This document shows positions 25,969 to 35,103 of a DNA stretch of 64,000 nt, piece after piece. The DNA comes from Antricoccus suffuscus (GTDB taxonomy: Bacteria > Actinomycetota > Actinomycetes > Mycobacteriales > Antricoccaceae). Where the stretch lies: NCBI RefSeq assembly GCF_003003235.1, contig NZ_PVUE01000003.1, forward strand, positions 181,150 to 245,149, in the 5' to 3' direction. A program made the translations under genes and the position numbers. Under the pieces are notes generated by a model. The model was not told the origin of the DNA. It saw nothing but the letters and a program-made list of their open reading frames with translations, and ran no database searches. The first letter of the stretch is position 1, and each line of letters opens with the position of its first letter.

Positions 25969-28194
25969 ATTCCTTCGTCACGACGCTCCGAGCGCAGCGA
26001 AAGCGCCCTCCGTTCGCTGCTGGGGATCAAGGCATTCCGGCGGATGTGGCTATCCATCGGCGTGTCCAGCCTCGGCGACTGGCTGGCGTTGCTCGCGACG
26101 ATCTCGATGGCGCAGCAACTGACCAACCATCGTTCAGCGGCCGCGCAGGGCGTCGCGATCTCCGGCGTACTGCTCGTGCGTTTGCTGCCGGACCTCCTGC
26201 TCGCCCCCCTCGCCGGGGCGATCGCGGATCGGCTGGATCGCCGTAAGGTCGTGATCATCGGCGAGTGTCTGGCAGGTTTGCTGTATCTGAGCATCGCGAT
26301 CGTCTACGACCTGCGCTACCTCTACGTCGCACAGTTCGTCATCGAGGGGATCGGCCTGTTCACGGTGGCCTCCAAGCAGACGCTGTGGATGTCGACGGTC
26401 ACGAAGGACAAGCTGCCGCTGGGCAACCAGATCCTGATGTTCACCATCTATGGATCGTTCCCGATCGCGGCGGTGGCGTCGGCGCTGTTCTCGACGATCA
26501 ACCGGTTCTTCACCTCGGCTCCTATCGATCCCGCCCTGGCCGATGTGCGGTTTGCGGTGATCCTCGCGCTCGTGATCGACGCGGTCAGCTACTTCGCCTC
26601 GGCCTCGATCATCTACCTCAACCGACGACATTTGTCGCCGCACCCCGAACAACAGTCCAAGCACACGGGCATCTTCGGGCTGATCGCCGAAGGTGCGAAG
26701 TTCGTCTTCGGCGACCGCGTGATCCGCTCGCTCTACATCGGCGTTATCGGTGCGTTCGCGGCCGGCGGTATCACCGTCGGCGTGGCGCAGCTCTACGTCA
26801 ACACGCTCGGCGCGGGTGTCGCCGGCTTCAACATCCTCGTCGGTACGGCCTTCACAGGACTCGCGCTGGGCATGGTGATCGGGCCGCGCGTACTGCCTAG
26901 CTTCTCGCGGCGCCGTGTCTTCGGTACGTCGATCGCCGGCGCCGGCCTGAGCTTGATCGGGATGGCGGTGGTCGGCGACTTCGTACTCGGGCTCGCGTTC
27001 TCGTTCGGGGTCGGCCTCTGCGCCGGTATGGCGTGGATCCTCGGCTACACGATGATCGGCGAAGAGGTCGAGGATCGACTTCGCGGGCGGACCTTCTCAT
27101 TCGTGCAGTCCTCGGCGCGGATTGTGCTCATGATGACCCTGGCCGTCGGGCCGGTGCTCGCGGGCGTGTTCGGCCACTACTCGGTCAACCTTGGCGGCGT
27201 CGAGGTAGCGATCTCGGGCCCCGGCCTGGCGCTCCTACTCGCGGGCGCCGTCGCGCTGCTCATCGGCATGTTCGCCGCACGGCACGTATCCGGCGCCCGG
27301 GACATCCCCGTGCGCGCGTTCCTAGGCCGGATCTTGCTACGCCGAGGCAACCGGCTGATCGCCTCGGCGACCAACACCGGGCTGTTCGTCGTGCTGGAAG
27401 GCGCGGACCTGGAGCGGACCCGCGACTACGCGCAGCGCATCGTCGACCAGTTGCGCTCCGAGGGACGGCCCGTCGTACTGACGGGAGAGCCGACGGCGTC
27501 GCCGTACGGCAAGCGCGTGTCCGATGTCCTGCGCGCACGCGCTGCCGGCACGGAATCGGATCTGGACATTCAGCCGCAGACGGTGGTCTTCTTGGCCGCG
27601 GCCGATCGCGCCGAGCATGTGGGACAGGTGATCCGGCCGGCCCTCGAACGCGGCGATGTAGTCATCTGCGACCGCTATGTCGATACCACGGTCGCGTTCC
27701 TGAGCAGTTCCCACGACGCCGATCCGGAGGCGATCATCCGCCTGTCGGACTGGGGCAATGACGGGCTGCAGCCCGACTTGACGATCGTCCTGGACGAGTC
27801 GGCCGGGCGAGAGGCGATCCGCCACTCGTACCTCAGCCGGGTCCGGGCCAGTGCCGAGGGTTATCGCGTCGTACCCATCCCTGCTGAGACCGCCGCCGAC
27901 GACGCCGAGGAGTCGCGGCCGGACCCATACGACGAGGTCCTTGATCAGGTACGCCGGGCGATGGCGCGCAACTACATGCGGATCGGCCCGCTCGCCGCGC
28001 TGTCCGAACTCGGCTCGCCGGTCGGTGATGAGATCGACGACGATCTCGAGGCCGCGGAGCGCGACGCCCCGGCTGTCGACTCAACGGCCGTTGACCCGCC
28101 GATCGAAGAGGATTCGTCGACCGACGCGCCAGCAGTCCAGCAGACGACAGCGCTGCCCGAAGAGGTCGCTCAGTCTCGTCGGCCCGCCGAGTAG
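25969..28194 (+). CDS. MFS transporter fused to a degenerate (P-loop-less) thymidylate-kinase-like domain with an acidic C-terminal tail
   Basis: 12-TM MFS region (AFRRMWLSIGVSSLGDW ...). The C-terminal ~200 aa align with the adjacent Tmk (FVVLEGADLERTRD vs FISFEGGEGVGKST; DRYVDTTVAFLSS vs DRYADSSLAYQG), but the P-loop glycines/Lys/Ser-Thr are missing. The conserved N-terminus lies upstream of the first ATG (26044) with no canonical in-frame start. A possible ATT start at 25969 follows GAGAGGG. The start coordinate is therefore uncertain. Confidence 0.75.
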   Translation: MPSSRRSERSESALRSLLGIKAFRRMWLSIGVSSLGDWLALLATISMAQQLTNHRSAAAQGVAISGVLLVRLLPDLLLAPLAGAIADRLDRRKVVIIGECLAGLLYLSIAIVYDLRYLYVAQFVIEGIGLFTVASKQTLWMSTVTKDKLPLGNQILMFTIYGSFPIAAVASALFSTINRFFTSAPIDPALADVRFAVILALVIDAVSYFASASIIYLNRRHLSPHPEQQSKHTGIFGLIAEGAKFVFGDRVIRSLYIGVIGAFAAGGITVGVAQLYVNTLGAGVAGFNILVGTAFTGLALGMVIGPRVLPSFSRRRVFGTSIAGAGLSLIGMAVVGDFVLGLAFSFGVGLCAGMAWILGYTMIGEEVEDRLRGRTFSFVQSSARIVLMMTLAVGPVLAGVFGHYSVNLGGVEVAISGPGLALLLAGAVALLIGMFAARHVSGARDIPVRAFLGRILLRRGNRLIASATNTGLFVVLEGADLERTRDYAQRIVDQLRSEGRPVVLTGEPTASPYGKRVSDVLRARAAGTESDLDIQPQTVVFLAAADRAEHVGQVIRPALERGDVVICDRYVDTTVAFLSSSHDADPEAIIRLSDWGNDGLQPDLTIVLDESAGREAIRHSYLSRVRASAEGYRVVPIPAETAADDAEESRPDPYDEVLDQVRRAMARNYMRIGPLAALSELGSPVGDEIDDDLEAAERDAPAVDSTAVDPPIEEDSSTDAPAVQQTTALPEEVAQSRRPAE

Positions 28195-28200
28195 GTTGGT

Positions 28201-28842
28201 GTGGTGCACGGGCTGTTTATCTCATTCGAAGGTGGCGAAGGCGTCGGTAAGTCGACGCAGATCGCCCGTCTCGCCGACCGTCTGCGCGGGCACGGCCACG
28301 AGGTGATCGTCACTCTCGAACCAGGCGGTACGCCGCTGGGCACGGAGCTACGCCGGCTGGTCCTCAACCCGGACGGGCATGTCACCCCCCGCGCCGAGGC
28401 GCTGCTCTATGCCGCGGACCGCGCGCACCACGTCGATACCGTCATCGAACCCGCGCTGGCCGCCGGCAAGGTGGTGATTACCGATCGATACGCCGACTCT
28501 TCGCTTGCCTACCAAGGGGTCGGGCGCGCGCTCGACCCGCAGCAGATGCGGGAGTTGTGCGAATTCGCGGTCGGAGGGCGCTGGCCAGAGGTGACGATCT
28601 TGCTCGATGTCGACCCGATCGTTGGGCTGCGCAGGGCTCGGGGTGACGGCGCCGGTGACCGGATCGAAGCGGAGGGCCTGGAATTCCATAAGGCTGTCCG
28701 CGCAGCGTTTCTCGACCTTGCCGGCCAGGATCCGGACCGGTTCGTGGTCGTCGACGCCTCGGGCAGCCTTGACGAGGTTGCACAACGTGTGCGGGTCGCA
28801 GTCGACCGGCATCTGGAGTCGTTACCGGGTGCGACCCGATGA
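28201..28842 (+). CDS. tmk: Thymidylate kinase
   Basis: Intact P-loop FEGGEGVGKST, DRYADSSLAYQG and LID region. GTG start. 4-bp overlap (ATGA) with holB. Confidence 0.9.
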   Translation: MVHGLFISFEGGEGVGKSTQIARLADRLRGHGHEVIVTLEPGGTPLGTELRRLVLNPDGHVTPRAEALLYAADRAHHVDTVIEPALAAGKVVITDRYADSSLAYQGVGRALDPQQMRELCEFAVGGRWPEVTILLDVDPIVGLRRARGDGAGDRIEAEGLEFHKAVRAAFLDLAGQDPDRFVVVDASGSLDEVAQRVRVAVDRHLESLPGATR

Positions 28843-30047
28843 GCGCGCACATGGAAACCACCGGCGTGTTTGCGCAGCTGGTCGGTCAGGACCGCGCAAT
28901 CGAGGTCTTGACCGCGGCCTCCGCGGCGGCCAAGGAACTCATCGACGGCAGCGGCTCGGGTACGGCGATGACCCACGCGTGGTTGTTCGTCGGGCCGCCG
29001 GGATCGGGCCGCTCGGTCGCGGCGCGTGCCTTCGCGCAGGCGCTGCAGTGCCGCGACGGTGGCTGCGGACACTGCCAGGACTGCCACACGGTCAAGGTCG
29101 GCACGCACCCCGACGTACACGTCGTCATCCCCGAAGGTCTCTCGATCTCGGTCCGCGAAATCCGCGAGATCGTCCGCGTGGCGGCGTTCCATCCGGCCGG
29201 CGGACGTTGGCAGATCGTCATCATCGAGGACGCGGACCGGCTCACCGAAGGCGCGGCCAACGCCCTCCTCAAAGCGATCGAAGAACCCAGTGCGCACACC
29301 GTGTTCTTGCTCTGCGCGCCGACGACGCATCCCGACGATGTTTCGGTGACCATCCGGTCTCGGTGCCGGGTCCTGCCGCTGCGCACACCCCCGGCGGAGG
29401 CGGTCGCCGCCGTCCTGATCGACCGCGACGGGATAGACTCTGAGGCGGCCCATTGGGCGGCGCGGGCCGCGCAGGGTCACGTCGGGCGGGCCAAACGATT
29501 GGCCACTGACGAGGTCGCGAAGCAACGTCGCGCGGCTGTCCTGGCGATCCCGGCGAAGCTCGTCTCGATGGAAGCGTGCCTCAGCGCGGCGGACGACCTC
29601 GTCGGCGCCGCGGAAGCCGATGCCGCGGCGCTGGCCGACGAGCTCGATGCGCCCGAACGTGAGTCGCTGATGCAGTCGCTCGGTGCGGGAGGCACCGGCA
29701 AGGGCACCGGAGCCGCTCCTCGCGGATCGGCCGGAGCAGTCAAGGAGCTCGAACGCAAGCAGAAGGCGCGCGCGACGCGTGTGCAACGTGATGCGCTGGA
29801 CCGGGCGCTGGTCGACCTGACCGGGTTCTACCGCGACGTACTTCTCGTTCATGCAGGCTCCGACGTACCGCTGTCGCATGCCGATCACCAGCAGGAAATC
29901 AACCAGGTCGCGTCCGCCGTCACGCCCGAATGGCTGCTGAAGTCGCTCGATGCGATCGTCGCCGCGCGGCAGTCGCTGGAAACCAACGTTAAACCGCGTA
30001 TCGCGCTCGCCGCGTTGACAACTGGGTTGCGACTGCCACGTCAATAG
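28839..30047 (+). CDS. holB: DNA polymerase III subunit delta'
   Basis: AAA+ clamp-loader motifs (HAWLFVGPPGSGRS; zinc module C-x2-C ... C-x2-C; SRC motif TIRSRCRVL). Confidence 0.9.
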   Translation: MSAHMETTGVFAQLVGQDRAIEVLTAASAAAKELIDGSGSGTAMTHAWLFVGPPGSGRSVAARAFAQALQCRDGGCGHCQDCHTVKVGTHPDVHVVIPEGLSISVREIREIVRVAAFHPAGGRWQIVIIEDADRLTEGAANALLKAIEEPSAHTVFLLCAPTTHPDDVSVTIRSRCRVLPLRTPPAEAVAAVLIDRDGIDSEAAHWAARAAQGHVGRAKRLATDEVAKQRRAAVLAIPAKLVSMEACLSAADDLVGAAEADAAALADELDAPERESLMQSLGAGGTGKGTGAAPRGSAGAVKELERKQKARATRVQRDALDRALVDLTGFYRDVLLVHAGSDVPLSHADHQQEINQVASAVTPEWLLKSLDAIVAARQSLETNVKPRIALAALTTGLRLPRQ

Positions 30048-30051
30048 CGCG

Positions 30052-30936
30052 ATGCGGCCGCTGCCGCGGCCGATCTTCGGTATGGTCGGACCTGTGGGCA
30101 TGCTCTGCGCGGTTAGCTTCACCCGAAACGGTCAGTTGTACTACTACGACCCGGGCGATCTTGACGTGCGAATTGGCGACAAAGTTCTGATCCCCGCCGA
30201 GGACGTCGACGAGGTCGCCGAGGTCATGTGGGCCTCGCAGTGGGTGAGTGAGGAGACCGACGGCTTTCCCAAGCTCGTCGGCCGCGCCGACGAGGTCGAT
30301 ATCGATCGTGCGGGCGTCGTACGTCGGTCCAAGGCGAAAGCGCGGGTTGCCGCCAAACGGCTGATCAAGGCGCACGGTCTGGCGATGAAGTTTGTCGGGG
30401 TAGACGTGGCGGTGCCGCGCGGGGCCAAGAAGCACGACCGGGTCACGGTGTTCTTCTCCGCACCGCACCGGATCGACTTTCGCGCGCTGGTGCGCGATCT
30501 TGGCGCGACGCTGGAGAGCCGCGTCGAGTTGCGCCAGATTTCGGCTCGCGACGAGGCGAAGCTCAGCGGATCGATCGGCAGCTGCGGGCGGGAGCTGTGC
30601 TGTTCGACGTTCCTCAAAGACTTTGAACCCGTCACGTTGCGGATGGCTAAAGACCAGGATCTGCCGATGAACCCGCTGCGAATCTCCGGCGCGTGTGGCA
30701 GGTTGATGTGCTGCTTGAAATACGAGCATCCGCTGTACGAGAAATTCAAGGAAGACGCCCCCGAGATCGGTTCGCGGGTCGACACCGAGCAGGGCAGCGG
30801 TGTCGTGGTCGGGCATAGCGTGCCCAGTGAGTCGGTCGTCGTACGGATGGATGAGGACGGCTCGCGCTGCGCGTGCACGCTGGCCAGTGTCTGCGGCTCG
30901 CGCCAGGAATACGAGGCCCACTACCTCGATCCCTGA
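30052..30936 (+). CDS. PSP1 C-terminal domain protein (YaaT/RicT-like)
   Basis: PSP1 domain with conserved Cys cluster (GSCGRELCCSTF ... CGRLMCCLKYE). Position after holB is conserved. Confidence 0.75.
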   Translation: MRPLPRPIFGMVGPVGMLCAVSFTRNGQLYYYDPGDLDVRIGDKVLIPAEDVDEVAEVMWASQWVSEETDGFPKLVGRADEVDIDRAGVVRRSKAKARVAAKRLIKAHGLAMKFVGVDVAVPRGAKKHDRVTVFFSAPHRIDFRALVRDLGATLESRVELRQISARDEAKLSGSIGSCGRELCCSTFLKDFEPVTLRMAKDQDLPMNPLRISGACGRLMCCLKYEHPLYEKFKEDAPEIGSRVDTEQGSGVVVGHSVPSESVVVRMDEDGSRCACTLASVCGSRQEYEAHYLDP

Positions 30937-31041
30937 GTAGGGACCGGGTAGGCCCGGCGCGACCCCTTCGGCGAAGTCAGCGTGAGGACCAGTTAAGATG
31001 GGACGGTTGTTTTCGGGCGTCCCGAAAACGCGTTGTTTATC

Positions 31042-31114
31042 GCCGCCTTAGCTCAGTCGGTAGAGCGTCTCACTCGTAATGAGAAGGTCTGGAGTTCGAT
31101 TCTCCAAGGCGGCT
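31042..31114 (+). tRNA. tRNA-Thr (anticodon CGT)
   Basis: Manual cloverleaf: acceptor stem GCCGCCT/AGGCGGC, D-arm GCTC-AGTCGGTA-GAGC, anticodon stem TCTCA/TGAGA with loop CTCGTAA, T-arm TGGAG-TTCGATT-CTCCA. 73 nt; CCA not encoded. Confidence 0.9.
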
Positions 31115-31120
31115 CCGCGA

Positions 31121-31157
31121 AAAAGCCCCATCCGGTGATCCGGATGGGGCTTTTGGG
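31121..31157 (+). terminator. Rho-independent terminator after tRNA-Thr
   Basis: Perfect 15-bp stem AAAAGCCCCATCCGG / CCGGATGGGGCTTTT with loop TGAT, followed by TTTGGG. Confidence 0.8.
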
Positions 31158-31217
31158 TGGTGCGGGCGCTCGCGTGAGATCCCGCGGGATTTCGTCAGAC
31201 AGGTCGATCTGCGGTAG

Positions 31218-31373
31218 CTAGCTTTTGACTCTGCGCTTGATGGCGCCGTAGGCGAGCGTAGCCAGGAACAGCACGATCCCGACGATCGCGAGCCAGAGCA
31301 GCCCCTTGACCACAAATCCGAGTACGGCGATTACAAGCCAGACGACCAGCAGTACCACTATCAATGTCAACAT
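31218..31373 (-). CDS. Small hydrophobic membrane protein (51 aa, two TM helices)
   Basis: Only the 3'-terminal 156 nt of ORF 31218..32270 is protein-like (MLTLIVVLLVVWLVIAVLGF ... KRRVKS). The rest of that ORF is an Arg-rich antisense artefact over the SPFH gene. Local GC is lower. Confidence 0.5.
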   Translation of the reverse strand: MLTLIVVLLVVWLVIAVLGFVVKGLLWLAIVGIVLFLATLAYGAIKRRVKS

Positions 31374-31478
31374 TCCAAAACCGTACCTGACCACGGCGTC
31401 GCAGGTACGCCGGATCGCCGCACCCGCCGATAGAGTGTGTGTCGACCGAATCGTCGGTAACACAAGGAGACACGCAAC

Positions 31479-32522
31479 GTGAGCACACCAGGACCGGGTC
31501 AGTTCCCGCCGCCAACCGGACCGGGGCCGTCCGCTCAGCGGCAGCCGCCGGCGCCGCAATACGCGCAGCCTCCGGCTGGGCAATCGCAGTCGCCGGGCCA
31601 GAGCGTTGGTCCCGTCGGGCACGCCGGGGCAAAGGTCGCGGTGACGGAGAAGCATGCGTGGCAGGTCAGTGGGTTCCTTGCGCTGGCCGTTTCTTTGGTG
31701 CTGTTTCTGTTCGCTGCTATCGAGCTGATCTTGGCTATTTCCAATGGTTCGGAAGACAAGAGCGTCGCGGGCAACGTCGCGTTGTGCATCATCGCGTTCA
31801 TCCTGGGACTGCTCCTCGCCCGCCCGTTGATCATCATCCAGCCGGGGCAGGCACGCGTGATCCAGTTCTTCGGCCGTTACGTCGGTACGGCGCGACGCAC
31901 CGGGCTGACCTGGGTGATGCCGTTGACGACGCGCAGGCCGGTATCGATCAAGGTGCACAACTTCGAGACCAGCGCCCTGAAGGTCAACGACGCGGACGGT
32001 AATCCGGTGGACGTCGCGGCGATCGTGGTCTGGCAGGTCGCCGACACCGCGAAGGCGACGTTCGCGGTCGAGGATTATGGCAGCTTTGTCGCCGTACAGG
32101 CGGAGTCGGCCGTGCGACACGTCGCGACCACCCATCCGTACGACGACCCCACGGGCAGCGGTACGTCGCTGCGTGGGTCGACCGATCTGGTGTCTGCGGA
32201 GCTCGCTCGTGAGGTTGCCACGCGGGTGTACGTCGCGGGAGTGCAGATCGTCGAGGTGCGCATCAGCCACCTTGCGTACTCATCCGAGATCGCCCAGGCG
32301 ATGTTGCAGCGGCAGCAGGCCAGCGCGATCGTCGCGGCACGTGAACGGATTGTTGAGGGCGCGGTGGGGATGGTCGAGATGGCCGTCAACCGGCTTGAAG
32401 CCAACAGCGTGGTCACCATGGACAACGAACGCAAATCCGCGATGGTGTCCAACTTGCTGGTCGTCCTCTGCGGCGATCAGAAGGCAACGCCCGTCGTCAA
32501 CACTGGTACTTCGGTTATATAA
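31479..32522 (+). CDS. SPFH / band-7 (stomatin-prohibitin) domain membrane protein with Pro/Gln-rich N-terminus
   Basis: N-terminal low-complexity region ([18 protein letters not shown]), one TM, SPFH core, C-terminal coiled-coil-like region. GTG start with AGGAGA 8 nt upstream. Confidence 0.85.
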   Translation: MSTPGPGQFPPPTGPGPSAQRQPPAPQYAQPPAGQSQSPGQSVGPVGHAGAKVAVTEKHAWQVSGFLALAVSLVLFLFAAIELILAISNGSEDKSVAGNVALCIIAFILGLLLARPLIIIQPGQARVIQFFGRYVGTARRTGLTWVMPLTTRRPVSIKVHNFETSALKVNDADGNPVDVAAIVVWQVADTAKATFAVEDYGSFVAVQAESAVRHVATTHPYDDPTGSGTSLRGSTDLVSAELAREVATRVYVAGVQIVEVRISHLAYSSEIAQAMLQRQQASAIVAARERIVEGAVGMVEMAVNRLEANSVVTMDNERKSAMVSNLLVVLCGDQKATPVVNTGTSVI

Positions 32523-32531
32523 CGGCACAAT

Positions 32532-33218
32532 TCACGTGACCTCGTCTCCTGATTGAAGCTCGGCGAGACTCGCGGCGTGGTCGCATGTCGCGTCCAGCAG
32601 TGGCAAGTCATGGGACGCGACAAGTACGGCGGCGCCCGCGTCCGCGTGAGCGCGAAGCAGCCGCATGATGACCGCCGTCGTTGGCGCATCGAGCATCGCG
32701 GTGGGTTCGTCGCAGATCAGCACCTTCGGATCGAGCGCTAAGGCACGGGCAAGGCATGCGCGCTGGAGTTGACCGTCGGATACCTGGTGCGGGAGCCGGT
32801 CGAGGAGATCGTCGGACAGTTGGACCTGTTCGGTCAGCTGGGCGACCAGCTCGGCGGTGTCCTTGTGCCTCGGCCGCAGCCGGCCGCGGTCGTGCGACAG
32901 TGGCGCGCAGATGATCTGTCGCAATGTCAGTCGACCATCGGTTGATGAGCGTGGCGACTGGAAGACGATTCCTACCTTGCGACGCACGTCCCGTGGTACG
33001 GCGTAGCCAGCGCCGTTCACGGCGGATCCGTCCAGCGTCACGTTGCCGTGCTCTGGGGCAAGTAACAGCGCAGCCGTCTTCAATAGGGTCGTCTTGCCGC
33101 TGCCGGACGGCGCGTGTACGCCGGTGGTCAGGCGCGCGTGAGCGGTGAGGGTTAGGCCGGCGAACACCGGCCGCGGTTCGCCCGGGTAGCGCACCGCGAG
33201 GTCGTCCAGGACTAGCAT
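32532..33218 (-). CDS. ABC transporter ATP-binding protein (DppF/NikE-like, short form)
   Basis: Walker A GSGKTT, ABC signature LSGGQ-like VSDGQLQR, Walker B LICDEPT. Confidence 0.85.
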   Translation of the reverse strand: MLVLDDLAVRYPGEPRPVFAGLTLTAHARLTTGVHAPSGSGKTTLLKTAALLLAPEHGNVTLDGSAVNGAGYAVPRDVRRKVGIVFQSPRSSTDGRLTLRQIICAPLSHDRGRLRPRHKDTAELVAQLTEQVQLSDDLLDRLPHQVSDGQLQRACLARALALDPKVLICDEPTAMLDAPTTAVIMRLLRAHADAGAAVLVASHDLPLLDATCDHAASLAELQSGDEVT

Positions 33219-34150
33219 CGCGCCGCCGAATCACACGCCACGAGATGATCGGCGCCGACCGCGCTCAGCGAGGCGGCACTGCATGACACACCGACCCGCT
33301 GGTGCCACGGGCACACGGCGGGGTGCGGGTCGACGAGCGAGGACGGGGTACCGGGCGGGGGTATTAGGCCGTTCTCGGGTAGCGCGGCCAGCAACGCGCG
33401 CGTGTAGTCGTGCGCCGGTGCACGCAGTGCGACCCTCGCGGGACCGGTCTCGAGAATCTGTCCGGCGTACATCACGGCGACATGGTCCGCGGCGGCCCGT
33501 GCGGCAACCAGGTCATGAGTAATGAGCACGACGGCGGCACCCCGATTGGCCTGATCGCGCAGTTGTCGTCGGACCAGCGCGGCGGTGTCCGCATCGAGCG
33601 CGGACGTCGGCTCGTCGGCGACCAGGATGGTCGGTTCAAGCGCGCAGGTGAGTGCGATGAGCACTCGCTGTGCCATCCCACCGGATACCTCGTGTGGGTA
33701 ACGCCGCGCCGTTTCCGCGTCCAGCTCGACCGTCCGCAGTAGATGAGCGATATCGATCGGTCGCGCTGGGAACCCATGTATAGCAAGAGACTCGGCCATG
33801 GTCGAGCCGATGGTGCGTACCGGGGTGAGGTGCGTGGCCGCGGACTGCGGGATGAGTCCGACGCCGCGCCCGCGCACGTTGCGCAACTCGGACTCGGTAG
33901 CGGCGAGTACGTCGATGTCCCGGGCGAAGATCGAGCCGCTGGTCTGCGTCCCTGCCGGAAGCAGCCCCATCGCCGCGAGTGCGAGCACGGACTTGCCGCA
34001 GCCGGACTCTCCGACGATCGCGGTAATCGAGCCAGCATGGAACGGCAGGCTGATATCGCGGGCGGGATACACCCAACGCCGTGGTGTACCTGGAAGCGGT
34101 ATTCGGATCGACAGGTCGACGAGCTCCATACCGGTGGCTGCGCTGCTCAT
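33212..34150 (-). CDS. ABC transporter ATP-binding protein (DppD/NikD-like)
   Basis: Walker A GESGCGKS, signature VSGGMAQR, Walker B LVADEPTSALD. ATG 34150 with GGAGGTGA SD. 4-bp overlap with the upstream permease. Confidence 0.85.
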   Translation of the reverse strand: MSSAATGMELVDLSIRIPLPGTPRRWVYPARDISLPFHAGSITAIVGESGCGKSVLALAAMGLLPAGTQTSGSIFARDIDVLAATESELRNVRGRGVGLIPQSAATHLTPVRTIGSTMAESLAIHGFPARPIDIAHLLRTVELDAETARRYPHEVSGGMAQRVLIALTCALEPTILVADEPTSALDADTAALVRRQLRDQANRGAAVVLITHDLVAARAAADHVAVMYAGQILETGPARVALRAPAHDYTRALLAALPENGLIPPPGTPSSLVDPHPAVCPWHQRVGVSCSAASLSAVGADHLVACDSAARC

Positions 34151-35103
34151 CGCGTCACCTCCGCCTCGATCGCGCGCTTCGGAATCGACTTCTCCCGCAG
34201 TCTGCCGCCGAGTCCCGCTACGGCGAGACAGGCCGCGGTGAGAAGCGCTGCCGGAAACACCAGGAGCCACCAGCCGCCACCGAGGATGCCCTCTCTGGCG
34301 TCCTCGAGCAGGGTGCCGAGCGACGGGTCGTTCGGTGGCAGTCCGACGCCGAGAAATGACAGTGCGCTCTCATGCCAGATGGCGTGCGGAAGTGTGAGTA
34401 CGACCGCGAGCAACGCTTGCGGTACGACGGCCGGGATTAAATGGGTGGCCCAGACCTGTCTGCGGGAGGCGCCGGACACGACGGCCGCGGCAACATGCTC
34501 TCGGCCGCGCAGAGACAGGATTTCCGAGCGGACGATGCGCGCGATCTGGGTCCAGTGAGTGATCCCGATTGACGCGACGATAGCCCACCACTGGCCGCGC
34601 CACAGTGACGCGATCACGACGCCCAGCAGCAGGTGAGGAAGTGAGTTGAGTGCGTCGACCGAGCGCATAACGAATTTGTCGACCAGGCCGCCAAACGCGG
34701 CCGCCAAGGTGCCGACCAGTACGCCGAGCACCGTGGAGAGGACTGCGGCCGCAGCGGCGAGGAGCAGCGAGATCCGTAGCGCCTGCGCGCAACGCACGAG
34801 AAGGTCCCGGCCGAGAAGGTCGGTGCCCATGAGATGGGCGCCGGACGGCACCTCGAGATACGCGCCTAGGTCGACGACGCGGGGGTCGGTGTCGCTGAAC
34901 GCAGGAACGACGATGCAGTAGATGCCGAGCACCACCAGAGTGAGCACACAGATCGTGACTGTCCGCCGTCCGGTCGGGCGCTTCTGACGCCGGTCTCGGG
35001 GCCAGCCGGTGACTGTGCGCCACGTGCGATCGGTGACGGTCCGGCCGGCGGCGTGATCGGCCACGTCGTACCGCGGATCTGCGACGGTCTGTTTGTCAGG
35101 CAT
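34147..35103 (-). CDS. ABC transporter permease (DppC/NikC-like)
   Basis: Six TM segments and an EAA-like loop typical of BPD_transp_1 permeases. Confidence 0.85.
   Translation of the reverse strand: MPDKQTVADPRYDVADHAAGRTVTDRTWRTVTGWPRDRRQKRPTGRRTVTICVLTLVVLGIYCIVVPAFSDTDPRVVDLGAYLEVPSGAHLMGTDLLGRDLLVRCAQALRISLLLAAAAAVLSTVLGVLVGTLAAAFGGLVDKFVMRSVDALNSLPHLLLGVVIASLWRGQWWAIVASIGITHWTQIARIVRSEILSLRGREHVAAAVVSGASRRQVWATHLIPAVVPQALLAVVLTLPHAIWHESALSFLGVGLPPNDPSLGTLLEDAREGILGGGWWLLVFPAALLTAACLAVAGLGGRLREKSIPKRAIEAEVTR

Noticed and set aside
28509-30122. 537-aa minus-strand ORF antisense to tmk / holB, and 310-aa ORF antisense to the PSP1 gene
   Set aside because: Antisense to clearly homologous genes; composition is Arg-rich junk; no start context.
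31218-32270. 350-aa minus-strand ORF
   Set aside because: Only its 3' 156 nt (a 51-aa hydrophobic peptide) is plausibly coding. The remainder is antisense to the SPFH gene.
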